DNA of 64,000 nucleotides from Camelus ferus (taxonomy: Eukaryota): contig NC_045697.1 of the NCBI RefSeq assembly GCF_009834535.1, positions 36,272,001-36,336,000 of the forward strand. The letters are read 5' to 3'. The position numbers and the translations under genes are program-made. Below the pieces are notes generated by a model. The model did no database searches, was not told the origin of the DNA, and saw only the letters and a program-made list of their open reading frames with translations. Below, one piece after another: positions 52,988 through 64,000 of this stretch; the first letter of the stretch is position 1, and the number at the start of each line of letters is the position of its first letter.

Positions 52988-53177
52988 CTTGTCTTCCTGA
53001 GGGACAAGACGGAACATGCAGCTGCCAGAATGGAAATGTGGCTAGTCCGGGTGGCTTCTGCGAGCATCTCTTCTGGCCTCTTTGTTGAGTCTGAGCATTC
53101 CCTGTCCCTCAATAATAAAGATCATTCCTCCTACCATTCAATAATTTTGCATAAAAGAGCACCAAATGTAATTTCAG
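52988..53177 (-). other. Spliced exon (190 nt), probably 5' UTR or start-containing, of an unidentified minus-strand gene
   Basis: Branch-like CTTAAT, pyrimidine tract and acceptor ttttgccatctttctgcag|CTGAAAT at 53178/53177. Donor GACAAG|gtagta at 52988/52987. GC- and CpG-richer than its flanks and not repeat-like. All three frames have stops near the exon start. Confidence 0.6.
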
Positions 53178-53929
53178 CTGCAGAAAGATGGCAAAATTAA
53201 GTACAGTTTGAGAAAAGAGCACTATTTATGAGAGACACAAACATAAAACTTCAAATAAAGAGGTTTAAAATACAGCAAATAGTCCATTGCCTTAATTATG
53301 TTTCCCCTCAAAGCTAATAGTAAAATTTGTCTGTGTGTGCAATGTTTAGAAAGAAATCTAGGCCTTGAGTAGACTCACACAGTTTATTCAAATCTGGAGA
53401 GAGGATTTGCCATAGAGGGATTCTTACACAGGTGACTGCTAAAGTCCTTCCCAGCAATGAGAATCTAAGGATGGTACGTACAAAGATGGCTGAGGTTTCT
53501 GTAGTAAATGAAGGCAACAATACAAAGTCTTTGCAAGAAGTCAAAAACTGCTTGTTGTTTGGATTGAACCTCACTACACTAGAACATTCCAGGCTTTGGA
53601 GCTCACTCTAGGGAGCCTAACCCCTCTATTCCTGTGTGTTGCGTTACTTATCAATCCTGATGTATGACTGAAAAGTGACAAATAAAATGAATTTGACGTC
53701 TTGAAGGGGCTTGCCCCTTGGAAAAAATACAAGGTGTATTACTTATTCATAAAGCAAAAACAGACTGATTTCCACAAAAAATAAAAAATCACGAGCCTGA
53801 CTTTGTTTACATTTTCCAATAAATTGATGTACAGATGATTTTCTCATAAATAGGCAGACTTTCACATCCTACATTAGATATGTAGTTTGACAACAACACT
53901 TATTGATTTTCAACAAAGCCTTCTGAAGT

Positions 53930-54140
53930 AGTGAAGCACAATTCCTGGAAGCACAGACTTTGGGGTTGGGCAGAGTCAGGAGAGAATCTAGGCTCCACCA
54001 CTTACAGTCACCTCAGCCTGAGACTTCTCCAAGCTTCTGTTTCCTCATCTATAAAACAATTACTAGGATTGTAAGACTTGAATGAGACAATGCATGTAAA
54101 CCACTTAAGCCCGGTTCCTGGCACTTAGCAAAGTGGTAAC
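53930..54140 (+). mobile_element. MIR SINE
   Basis: CACAGACTTTGG...GGCTCCACCACTTAC...TCTGTTTCCTCATCTATAAAA...AATGCATGTAAA. Confidence 0.75.
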
Positions 54141-56965
54141 GAGGATCAATTATCTTGTAACTTCAGTACAAACATCCTGCACAAACTGCAGAATGATTTC
54201 ACAAAGTGAAAGGTGAAAATGGCAGTGGTTTGGCAAAAGAAAGATGATGAGTTTTTGGTAAGGTTCATAGATTTGAAAGATTAGATCAAGTTACATTAGA
54301 TATGATCAGCTGTACCCTCCTCTACGAACTTTCACAACAAAAAGGAAAGTTTAGGTCCAATTAATATTCTTAAAGCTGGTTTACCTGTGACTCCTGGTTC
54401 TTTTACATGTGCATAAAAGCATGTCTATTTTCCGTGTGACCAGAAGTAGTCACCTAGACTCTTTGATCTTCCGTTGCTTCAACCATAAAATTACCTCTCT
54501 TAGGTATTTTGGTGAAAATCAATTTGAGGTAAAAATCAGATGAGAATGTTTCACTAACTGTAAGAACTACATTCACTGAACCAATATGCACTGTGAGCTT
54601 ATAAACCATGTAGCTATACTCCAAGTGAAGGGGAAGCTTGGATAAGTAAGTCATGAGATGCTGGTCTGTCAGTATTGCTGTGGCTGTGGCAGGGAAGATG
54701 GATGATATGTATTAGCACGGATGCATGTAAAGGGGGCTATGGCAGACTGAAAAAGAAACCATTCAGGTGTTACGATATACATCTTTCATCAATTCAAAAC
54801 TGATTTTTTAAAAACCCTTCTTAAAATCTAATAGGATGCTTCACACCCAAAAGATGATCAAAATCTGTGCTGACTGCACTTAACTCTACTCATTATACAG
54901 TGTAAGCTGCATAATAGGAGAGACCTTGTTTTACCTGTTTGCTGATGCAGCCTCAATGCCAAACAATGGTGTCTGGTGTCTAGTAGGTGTTCGATAAATA
55001 TTTGTTGGTAGAGTAGATGGATTTTATGTTTTGGCTACATGAGAAATAATCTCCATTTGGAGGTAATTTTATTAGCACCTCTACAAAAGCAAAATATTTT
55101 CGCTTCTAAACTTTGGTCTTTATTTTCCTTTTTTATTTCCCCCTCTCTATTCTTTTGTTAAGCTAAGCAGGAACACACCGAATTAGTTGTTTCCCCAGTC
55201 AGTATATAAATTATTCATAAGGAGGATTTAAATCAGGAGGGTGCCATTAGAAACTATTCTAGTCAGTTGAGAGAAGAGTGCTGATTGCTTATGCCTTGGT
55301 TAGTGTATTTATCACATTTAAATATGCAGCTTTCCTCTAAAGAGTTTATTTATGGGATTACTGGTAATGTATCTTTTTCTTTTCTTTTGTTCATTTAGAC
55401 TATAATCTTAAAAAGGAGCAAAAGAAAAAATCCATCAAACAAAGGTTACCTTAAAAATTAATTAACTAAAAATGTTACATATATTAAAGTTTCATACAGT
55501 TGTCTTCCTTCTACTCCCAAAATACCTTGATGTACTATACATGTATAAATGTTATAATATTTTAATATTTTATAATGTTTTTCTACCAAAACTAAATTAA
55601 AGTTAGAAAGTATGGGTATCAAGTATTTAACAAGACAGATGAAAAATTCTGTATTTTTCAGTGAGAGTCAACAACCAGGAATGCCAAATCCAAATTTTTA
55701 CAATTTCATTTCCTCATTTTTTTCTATTTAAAAATTATGAATCCAAAATGTTGCAAGGAAAACAAACTTCAAACACATACTAATATATCAAACAAAACAG
55801 CCACACTAAACAAAACAACTCACTTTAAAAAAAAAAGGATTATACCAACTCTACATGGACCAAGTACAAAAAGGAATCTTTTTTACTCTGTTGTCAAAGC
55901 ACAATAGATTTTTTTTTTTAATCACATGAGCAGATAATAACAAAAATAGCTCCACCTGGCAGAGTGGTAATCTATCCATTTTTAACACATTTTGTCCCCT
56001 GGAAAAGGCTTCTGGCAATTCTGTTTTGCTTATTTGCTACTTTTTTAAGAGCTCAAAATCAGGAGATTAGAAAGAAGTAAGAAAAGTGTTCCTGTATACT
56101 GTGTTAGGGAAGATTCCTGTTAAAAACCTATGGTACAACACATATGTAATGGCCCGGATGTGGATTTTTTTCTGCACAGATATAAAATGACATCAATTCC
56201 TACAGAAGCAGTATTTCCATAATGTTTGTAAAGTGACTCTGCAACACCACCCTGCAGGTTATAAGCTAGTGCTGCCCTTCCTGGCAAACACTGAGGACAG
56301 AGAGCATGGAGGAGCACCACATACAGGACTCCCACTAAGGGACGTCTGTTTTAGGAGATTCGCATCATTCACACACATCACTTCAAGCGCCAACACCTTC
56401 TGGAGAACAAGGGACAGACAGACTGGCCCGCTTCCACTCAGCACTCTTCCACTTCTGCTTTGAGCCCATCACCTCAGAAGTAAAGATGGGAGCAGCAGAG
56501 CAGGTACCAAGGCACAGACCTTCAGTCAAGGTGCTCGGGTAAACCAGGCTTGGCCAAATCCTCACGCTATCCCTCGCCAGCAAGAAACCTGAGATCCTGA
56601 ACAAAGATTTCTCCTACGTTTTGAGGACTAGCAGTCCTCTCCTACCCACCCCCTAAAAAACCCTCAATAAATAATTCATCCTATCTAGCTCTTTGAGAGT
56701 GGTAAAAATAGAAAACAGGTGAAATCCACACCCAGGCCCAAGCCTACTGTCTAGTCCCAGGTGCTCAGTAATGTCAAGCCAGCCTGCAGCACCCTCGGAG
56801 CCCTAGTCAGAAGTGAAGCGGTGGGGCCCTCTAGTCAGCCAGCCGCCTAGGCATGCGCTTCCTTCAGAGAGACCCGCCATTAAGTTGCACCCAACACACC
56901 CTGAAAATGGGTATAAGCAAGACTTGGTTTCTCCAAGACTAACATTATAAAAAGAAAACATCAAT

Positions 56966-57315
56966 CTAAAAGAAATGAAACAAATTCTATTTACAAACCA
57001 AAAACACATTCATGGACACAGAAAACAAACTATAGTTACCAAGTGGGAAAGGGCAAGGGAGGGATAAATTAGGAGTTGGGGATTAACAGATACACATCAC
57101 TATGTATAAAATAAATAAACAACAAGGACCTACTGTATAGCACAGATAACGATATTCAGTTTCTTGTAATAACATATAATGGAAAAAATCTGAAAAGAAA
57201 AAATATGTATGTATACATATAACTGAATTGATTTGCTGTACACCCAAAACTAACATTGTAAATCAACAACAGTTCAATTAAAAAATTAAGTTAAAAAAAA
57301 GAACAAGTATGCAGA
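56966..57315 (+). mobile_element. 5'-truncated L1 3' end with TSD
   Basis: Homologous to 47240-47570. 17-bp TSD AAAAAGAAAACATC(A/G)AT at 56949-56965 and 57316-57332. Confidence 0.9.
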
Positions 57316-59359
57316 AAAAAGAAAACATCGATTAGACAGTGTTATTGCCTTACATTCTTAAAAACCCTTAAAAAAGAAAAACAGAATCTAAGCAGCCGTT
57401 GGGGTGGCCAGCATAGTACAAACAGTGAGACGGAGTGGTTCAGGATGGAGACTCAGTCACTGCAGGGAAGCACAAACCATTATTATTACCCTTTTGGTCA
57501 AGCAAACTGGGATGGTTGTACCCTTCCTGTTTTTCACAAAGCGAAGACACACCCAGATGTGCCTTTGGCCACTGGCATAAAGTCTGTATTTGAAACTTTT
57601 TTGGTAGACCCACAAAACGCTCAGAACCAAAATTGTTAGCCTTGAATTACTCTGCTAGATTACTAGCTCTAGTTTCCAGCTGGAATAATATATGATATCA
57701 CTGCTTCTCAAGCTAACTCAGTTTAAAAGGAATAGTTTACTTAGCCTATATATTCGATTCTTTACTTTCTAATCAGATGCTTGGCTCGAATTCACCTAAC
57801 TCCAAAACCTGGCAATGTGCCCTCCCTGGGCAAAAGAATAAGAAGTTCACGGGTGGTTTTTGGTTTGGTTTTTTTTTTTTTCTGTTTTTCCATTTGTCTC
57901 TCTCTTTTATTATTCAAAAACACAATACCTTAATGTGATAGGGGAGACGAACAACATTAAAATAAAATACTCTGCAAGAGAAAAGTCAAATCGAGATGCT
58001 ATATCCTTATGGAGAAACGTGTGAGTCTCATAAGGTTTCAATAAGAGGCTTGCTCAAGAGCAAAACTCAAGATGAAAACCTAACCTGGATGCCAAATTTA
58101 TAGATATATCAATGAAAAACAGACTAGTGGGAAACACGTTTAAAAGCTCTCAGTACTCACAGGGAAAGTTACCAGCTTAAATGCAGATAAATGGAAATCT
58201 GCATCAGTGGGTTATACAGACCCTGCTGTGTTTTGAAAATTTTTTTATCCTAATGCCTGAGAACGAGCATGGGTAGGGTATGAGAAGAAAGTGGCCAACA
58301 GCCATTTTGATGCCTTGCCCCAGGACAAATATCACCGCAATACACAGCAGTGAAGGGCACGCCTTCAGTATCAGACACATCCGGGTATTAACCTGCCCCT
58401 GACACTTACCAGCGGTAGGACCAAGGTCAAGTTTGTAACTTGTCCAACTTCTGCTATACAGTCCTCAAGGCTGAATCAGCAGTTCAAAAAATTTACTTAT
58501 AAATTGGATTTTTATAAATTTATTTATATACTGGATGAAAATCTAGGACTTACTTTTCTCATAGAGGTAATACTATAAACACAGTACTTAGGTACTTGGA
58601 TCAGCCTAGGAAATCCTGCTTGGTCCTGTAGCCCTGAAAATGGCACAGATGGTACTAATGTGCTGATATCTAATCTACATGACAGAATAAACTGTACTCA
58701 CATCCAAATAACCATATATTTTTTGGTTTTATAACTTCACTATCTGGCAGGCAGTATGTGTTCAATAGATGGTTATTATATGAAATGGAACAGAATATTT
58801 TCTCTTGGAAAAGGTGTTTTAGCTTTTTCCCTCCACTGTTGGGAACTGACACCTCTCTTGGCAAAGAAGTAGAGGGCAGAGGTTTCCCTGGAGAAGGGAG
58901 AAAGTGATGAAGAGATGATTTATATTTTTGAGGATTAGTAAAGTTTATTCTACCTACAGGTGAGACAGTGCCTCCCAAGTGTTCTGAATTGTTGGGGGAG
59001 GTGGGTAAGAGGTCTTTTGAATTAATAAAAGAGTCTAATCACATGAGCCCCTGAAGAACCTACATGTTAGGCTGCTCAGGTCTCTTTAATTCCAAATGTC
59101 CTTCATCTGGGACTTTTTTCCATAAATTTCTGTGGAAAAAATTTTAAATCTCTAATAATTTAGTGTTGCATTAAAATAAGTTAAATCTCATACACTGTTT
59201 CCAAATATCTATATCTATATATTTCCAGAATCTAGTGATGTTGAAGAGCCCAAGCATCCAGACCCTCCATATTTTGATCACTTCTCCATGAGATCACAAA
59301 TGATCAGAATTACAAGACTCACAGCACAAACTTCTGTGATGAAAACTGCAGTTAAAAGA

Positions 59360-59775
59360 TAACCATGTTAATTAGAATGTTTGGCTGTGATCACAGAGAC
59401 TCAAAATTATAGTGGCTTAAACAAGAAGGGAATGCATTTCTCATTCACATAAGGACCAGGTCGGTGGTCCAGGGCTGATACAGTGTTTACACTGCCCTCA
59501 GTGAACTAACTATGGCTCTTCCATCTTTCCGGGCAAACATCTTCAACACAAAGCCTCCTCTCATAATTCAAGTCAGTCACTCCCGCCCCTGCCATCCAGG
59601 CCGCATTTCAGCACACAGAAAGGGGGAAAGGAAAGGCATGTATCCTGTATTTTAACTGCACAGCCTGAAAGTGGCCCACATGACGTCTACTCATGTCTCA
59701 TTCACCACGCCCTGGTCACATCTAGCTGTAAGGCTAATTGTGAATCACAGTCATTATTTTGGGTGACCACGTGCT
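59360..59775 (-). mobile_element. Old MaLR LTR (MLT1J-like)
   Basis: AGTGGCTTAAACAAGA...GGTCCAGGGCTG...GGTCACATCTAGCTGTAAGG. Confidence 0.6.
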
Positions 59776-60330
59776 TCATAAATAGGTGACAATAGGTGGT
59801 GAGAACACTAACAAGCTTCTGCCCTGAAGGCCATTAACAAGACATCCTTTTAGACTCAGATAAACCACTCAAATATTTATCCTTTTATTGCAGGTGCCAA
59901 TTGGTGGGAAGTAAACTCCATGTTTATAACAAACCTCTCAAATTCCCACAGGCAGGCAGTAAAGCCTGCTATTGTAGGTGCGAAGATGAAGATTCTGTAT
60001 TCTGGGACATACTTGTGAATAAGGTCAATAAGGTCCCCAGTTTCAACTGTCCTGTAATCTAGTAGAAGGAGACAATGACCATGCAAACAAAACACCGTCA
60101 GCAAATGAGAAGCAAATATAAAACAACGTGATGCAGAAAGCTACTCAGGGAAGGCTTCCCGGAGGAGATGGTATTTAAGCTTTGATCTAACCAGCCATGA
60201 GAAGAGCTGGAAAAGAACATTCTAATAAAAGGGACTAGCAAATGTTAAAGCCCCAAGGTTCCCTATTTGTCAGAATCAAAGTTGCTTTAGTTCTAATTTT
60301 CCTTATTTAGGCCTGCTACACATGGAAAAG

Positions 60331-60386
60331 GAGGGGAGGGGGGGGGAGAGAGAGAGAGAGAGAGAGAGAGAGGGTGTATGTGTGTG
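60331..60386. repeat. G-run/(GA)n/(TG)n compound microsatellite
   Basis: Directly visible. Confidence 0.9.
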
Positions 60387-61265
60387 TTCATGTGCACGCA
60401 TCCTTGGGAAGGGGAGAGCCGTAACACTACTACTGGAATTAATACTTAGCAGCTAAGGATAATGTGGAACACTCCAAAGCCAAGAAGAAAGTGGACCTGG
60501 GGCCATCTATAGAGAAAAGAGGATGAAGTGAATGCTTAGAGGAGTTGAGAGACAGTACAGTCTTTGTATTCAAAAATTATTTTTCTTCACTTGATCTAAA
60601 CAATACCTCTGAGTGTACATATTTCTGGAAAAAAGTTAACTAATCTCAGGTATACTGTTCTAACTAAGTTTTAGTTCAAAATGAGAAATCAGCAGTTGTA
60701 AATAAAATGGCTCACATATTTTTAATCAAAATGAGTTATATACAAAACAGGTAAGAAATAAGCAAATTTAATAATTAAATGTTTGTACACTACTATTGTA
60801 ACTTAGTATTATATTTTAAATATTACACAACTTATTTTTCTCTATAGGGACCCAAACTATGCCAACACATTCTTGAGCTGTCAGGAATCCACTAATAAAA
60901 ATCTTAAGACTTCATAGCACCAGTCTGAGGTCATCACCAAAGCATCTATCCCTTGGTCCTGGAGGAGATTAGGGGAAAGTTGGGTATTACTTAAATAATC
61001 AAGATATACTCACAGCATAGTCCACTAGTCACAAAAAAAAGACCACTAGTCACCTAAAAAAAAGACCACCTCTTATGAAAGGTGCTACAGTGAGATGAAT
61101 ATCCCAAGTGACAAATCTTTTGTCATATGCACGGCCATCAAAGGCAACCTGCCACTCATATGCTTCTATTTTAACACAATGGCTTTGCCAGCGCACTGGT
61201 CAGGAAGATACCAAGTCAGACCCAAGATCTAGGGAAATTTTCATCCACTTCCTACCTTCAAAATC

Positions 61266-61442
61266 CCATTTCATTGACTCTAAGACACCACTGATTATAA
61301 CATGTACCATTATTTTATGTATCCCAGCAAGAAAAATAATACTGCAATTAAATCATGAAATGCCATCAATTCTGAGATGTATCCCAATTTCAGAAATGTG
61401 AAAATGTGAAAGATGGACACCTTAGAATCAATAAGAAATGGT
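61266..61442. mobile_element. MER104-like Tc2 MITE
   Basis: Inverted termini CCATTTCATTGACTCTAAG / CTTAGAATCAATAAGAAATGG; internal CCATTATTTTATGTA and CCCAATTTCAGA. Confidence 0.75.
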
Positions 61443-61619
61443 GGTGTTCTTCAAGCCAAATCTGTCCCTTTTGTTTTCAGAATGGAAAATAACTTTCACT
61501 ACTTTTAGCTCAATCATTAAAAAAGAAAGTTTTCCTCTGTATTATGTTCATTCCTATCTCTCTTTGTATACAAGTCCTTAATACACATGTCAAAAGAGGT
61601 AACTGATGAGTCCCCATTT

Positions 61620-61860
61620 AACCTTTTTCCAGTAATATTCAAGGCATCTCATTCAAAACAAGCTGCTACCAGCTCGCTTTAAAGAATAAGAAGAGGGGAG
61701 AAAGAAGAGGCTGCCGGCCAATGAGGGCAGATTCTGACTCGGAAAGAGCAGGGTACCACGGAGCTCTACATTCGCAGGCCCCTCCCAAGAGGAGAAAAGA
61801 CAAGAGTTGAGCCCATTCATCGGTTCTGAACTTGCCAACCAAATAAACACCCCTATCCTT
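61620..61860 (-). promoter_or_regulatory. Candidate CCAAT-box promoter/enhancer
   Basis: GGCCAATGAG (NF-Y consensus) at 61716-61725, several CpGs, a pyrimidine-rich tract on the minus strand (61677-61710), FOX site AATAAACA near 61842. Confidence 0.3.
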
Positions 61861-61990
61861 AAGACAAGAGGGAATAAAGGGTCAGGGAGAGAACAAGAGT
61901 GTGCTTAGGAAACCCCTCCTCCTGGGAATCAGGAGTAGGGGAAAGCTGTCCCCCTCTAGCACTTACCTAGTAGTTATTTTGATGTAGTAC

Positions 61991-62860
61991 TGTGAAAAAC
62001 ACGGTGACATAATAAGAAACATGTATTTGGTCTCTGCCCCCAGTTCCTGGCACAGAGCTCCTAAAACCTTTACAATTTCCTGAGCAATAAGGGTGCCAGG
62101 AGCAGCTTTTGTTCTGATATTTGGTCTTTGCCCCTGGTATATAGAACTCCTAAATCCCTTGTAATTTCCTACATGATAGGAGCATCTTTTGCTCCAATGA
62201 AATTCACACTTGGTGGGTCCCTGGGTAGCTCCTGGATGGGGGCTGGTCATCAGAAAGACCAAGCCATGAGTAGAAGCTTGGAACTTTCAGTCTCATCCCC
62301 CTTCTCCATCTTCCTGGGAGGGGAGAAGGCTAGAGATTGAGTTAATAATTAATCATGCCTACATTATGAAGTCTCCATAAAAATTCCTAAAGTATAGAGT
62401 TTAGAGAGTTTTTGGTTGGTAAACACATCAATGTCCTGGGAGAAAGGCACACCCCAACTCCATGGGGACAGAAGCTCCTGCTCTTGGGATCCTTTTAGAC
62501 TTCACACTATGCACCTCTTAATCTGGCTGTTCATTTGCAAAATTTGTAATTTCATTTATAATAAACTGGTAAACTTAAATGTTTCCCTGAGTATTGTGAG
62601 CCATTATAGAAAATTATGGGACCCAAGAAGGGGGTCATAGGAACCCTGATTTACAGCCACCTGGTCAGAAGTAGGAGAGCTCAGGCTTGCAACTATGTCC
62701 AAAGTTGGGGGTAATCTTGTGGGACTGAGCCCATTACTGTGAGGTCTGTGCTAACTGCATTTAGTTAGTGTCATGATTGAATTGTAGGACACACAGTAGA
62801 GAGTTGGACGATTGCTTGGTGTGGGAAAAACCTCTATGCATTTGGTGTCAGAAGTGTTAA
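61991..62860 (+). mobile_element. MER21C-like solo LTR
   Basis: ATAATAAGAAACATGTATTTGGTCTCTGCCCCCAGTTCCTGGCACAGAGCTCCTAAAACC start; AATAAACTGGTAAAC; CTTGTGGGACTGAGCCC; TTGGTGTCAGAAGTG. Confidence 0.85.
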
Positions 62861-63859
62861 GAGTAGAGTATCAAAGAAATCAGAGGTGTTTTTTCAAACA
62901 TGCTTCACAATTTTCCCTCTCAGGAAAAATCCTAAGAAAAATCTTCCTAATCTGTAAACAACACTCAGGTCTGACCGTAGGGAATCACCTTTTTCTGCCT
63001 CTCCCCTCACTCTTCATCCAAATGATATCACCAACACTTTTGCAAGTGACAAATCAGGACCTCCCAGGATGCCGGTGAAGTCAGGAACGGACCTAAATGG
63101 GTCGTCACATTTCCAAGCCTAGCCATCTAGCTTGGGACCTAACAGACTCACTAGAGGACCGAGAAGGTAAAACCTAAATTTGTCACGGCACAAGCAGACA
63201 TACTGTTATTTAGGTTAGCTAAACTTGATCTGTTATTGAAAAGATATTTTGAAATTTATTATCTCACAAAGAAAATGAATTCTACCTATTAAAAGCTACT
63301 TTGGCAACTAATAAAACACTATACCTACTCTTCATTGCAAAGACAGATAAAATTTAAAACGAATGCAATGTTTACCTGGGAAATCTTAAGTGGCTTTATA
63401 AGTCATTTATATTTTATTTAAAAGTCATTTTCAAGTTGGATTTTTTAATTTAGAAATGTAAATTCTACCTAAATAAATAACTGGAGAGAGATAATACATA
63501 TATATTTATAAAGTACGTTTTTTAGAAAGTATAAACACAGCTGCTTCTTCTACTGCGCAGTTTACTATCATTTTATGACCACAATAAATTATGGTCAATA
63601 AAAGATTTTCTTTGTGACAATTAGCATAAAAACATCAGATATACATTGTAGAAACAATGGGGTTTAAAGAAAAATACTGTTAAACATTATCACACAGTAA
63701 GTAAAAAAGACAGAAAAATTTTTCTAAGTAACAGTTTCATTCATCCTTAATAAATTTTAATTTAGAAAAACAAATTCTAGGTAAGAATATATTAAAAGCA
63801 TTACTTGCAGAAAATAAACTGGCATTTGACATAGTTATGGCTCAGCTAAAAGAATAATA

Positions 63860-63952
63860 ACTACTGTTTGTTGAGCATTAACTATATGTGGAGCACTGCA
63901 CTTAGATATATGCATATAATCTCACTGAATCCTAACAATAACCCTATGAGAT
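63860..63952 (-). mobile_element. MIR fragment
   Basis: TTGTTGAGCATTAACTATATG...TCACTGAATCCTAACAATAACCCTATGAG. Confidence 0.7.
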
Positions 63953-64000
63953 GGTGGGATGGTGTACAGCTCAGTGGAAGAGTGCATGCTTAGCATGCAC
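63953..64000 (+). mobile_element. Camelid-type tRNA-derived SINE 5' end, cut by the window edge
   Basis: GGTGTACAGCTCAGTGGAAGAGTGCATGCTTAGCATGCAC, the reverse complement of the copies at 6.1 and 17.8 kb. Confidence 0.85.

Noticed and set aside
54385..54557. Minus-strand donors CAG|gtaaac and GAG|gtaatt with a cttacag acceptor
   Set aside because: Weak pyrimidine tract, intron-like composition and no recognisable peptide; indistinguishable from chance without RNA data.
1..64000. Naming the host gene, or calling a NUMT or a foreign (bacterial/viral coding) insert
   Set aside because: No recognisable coding exon, mitochondrial sequence or gag/pol/env region was seen; any gene symbol would be a guess.

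Overview
This is AT-rich eutherian nuclear DNA with no supportable protein-coding gene. The tRNA-derived SINEs (GGGGAGGGTATAGCTCAGTGGTAGAGTGCATGCTTAGCATGCAC-type) and young L1 3' ends look camelid (Vic-1/L1_Vpa-like); that assignment is from recall, not a search. Much of the window is a nested fossil record of transposable elements: L1, L2, MIR, MaLR/ERVL/ERV1 solo LTRs, and hAT and Tc/mariner DNA transposons. The rest looks like introns of the 5' region of a large minus-strand gene that I cannot name. That reading rests on one well-formed, uORF-rich 190-nt exon (52988-53177) and repeat-free, CpG-retaining blocks resembling alternative promoters/first exons (about 15.7, 32 and 61.7 kb). The most notable items are: (1) a retroposed copy of the 28S rRNA 3' end with an A-rich tail and an 11-bp target-site duplication (TSD) at 14464-14614; (2) a MER41-like solo LTR whose two STAT1/GAS sites are decayed; (3) a twin-primed (5'-inverted) L1; (4) a Tigger remnant with a 150-codon open frame; (5) a CpG-rich alternating purine/pyrimidine minisatellite. 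I find no convincing evidence of a new multi-gene system. Repeat family names are from memory of consensus sequences, and boundaries without a TSD are approximate.
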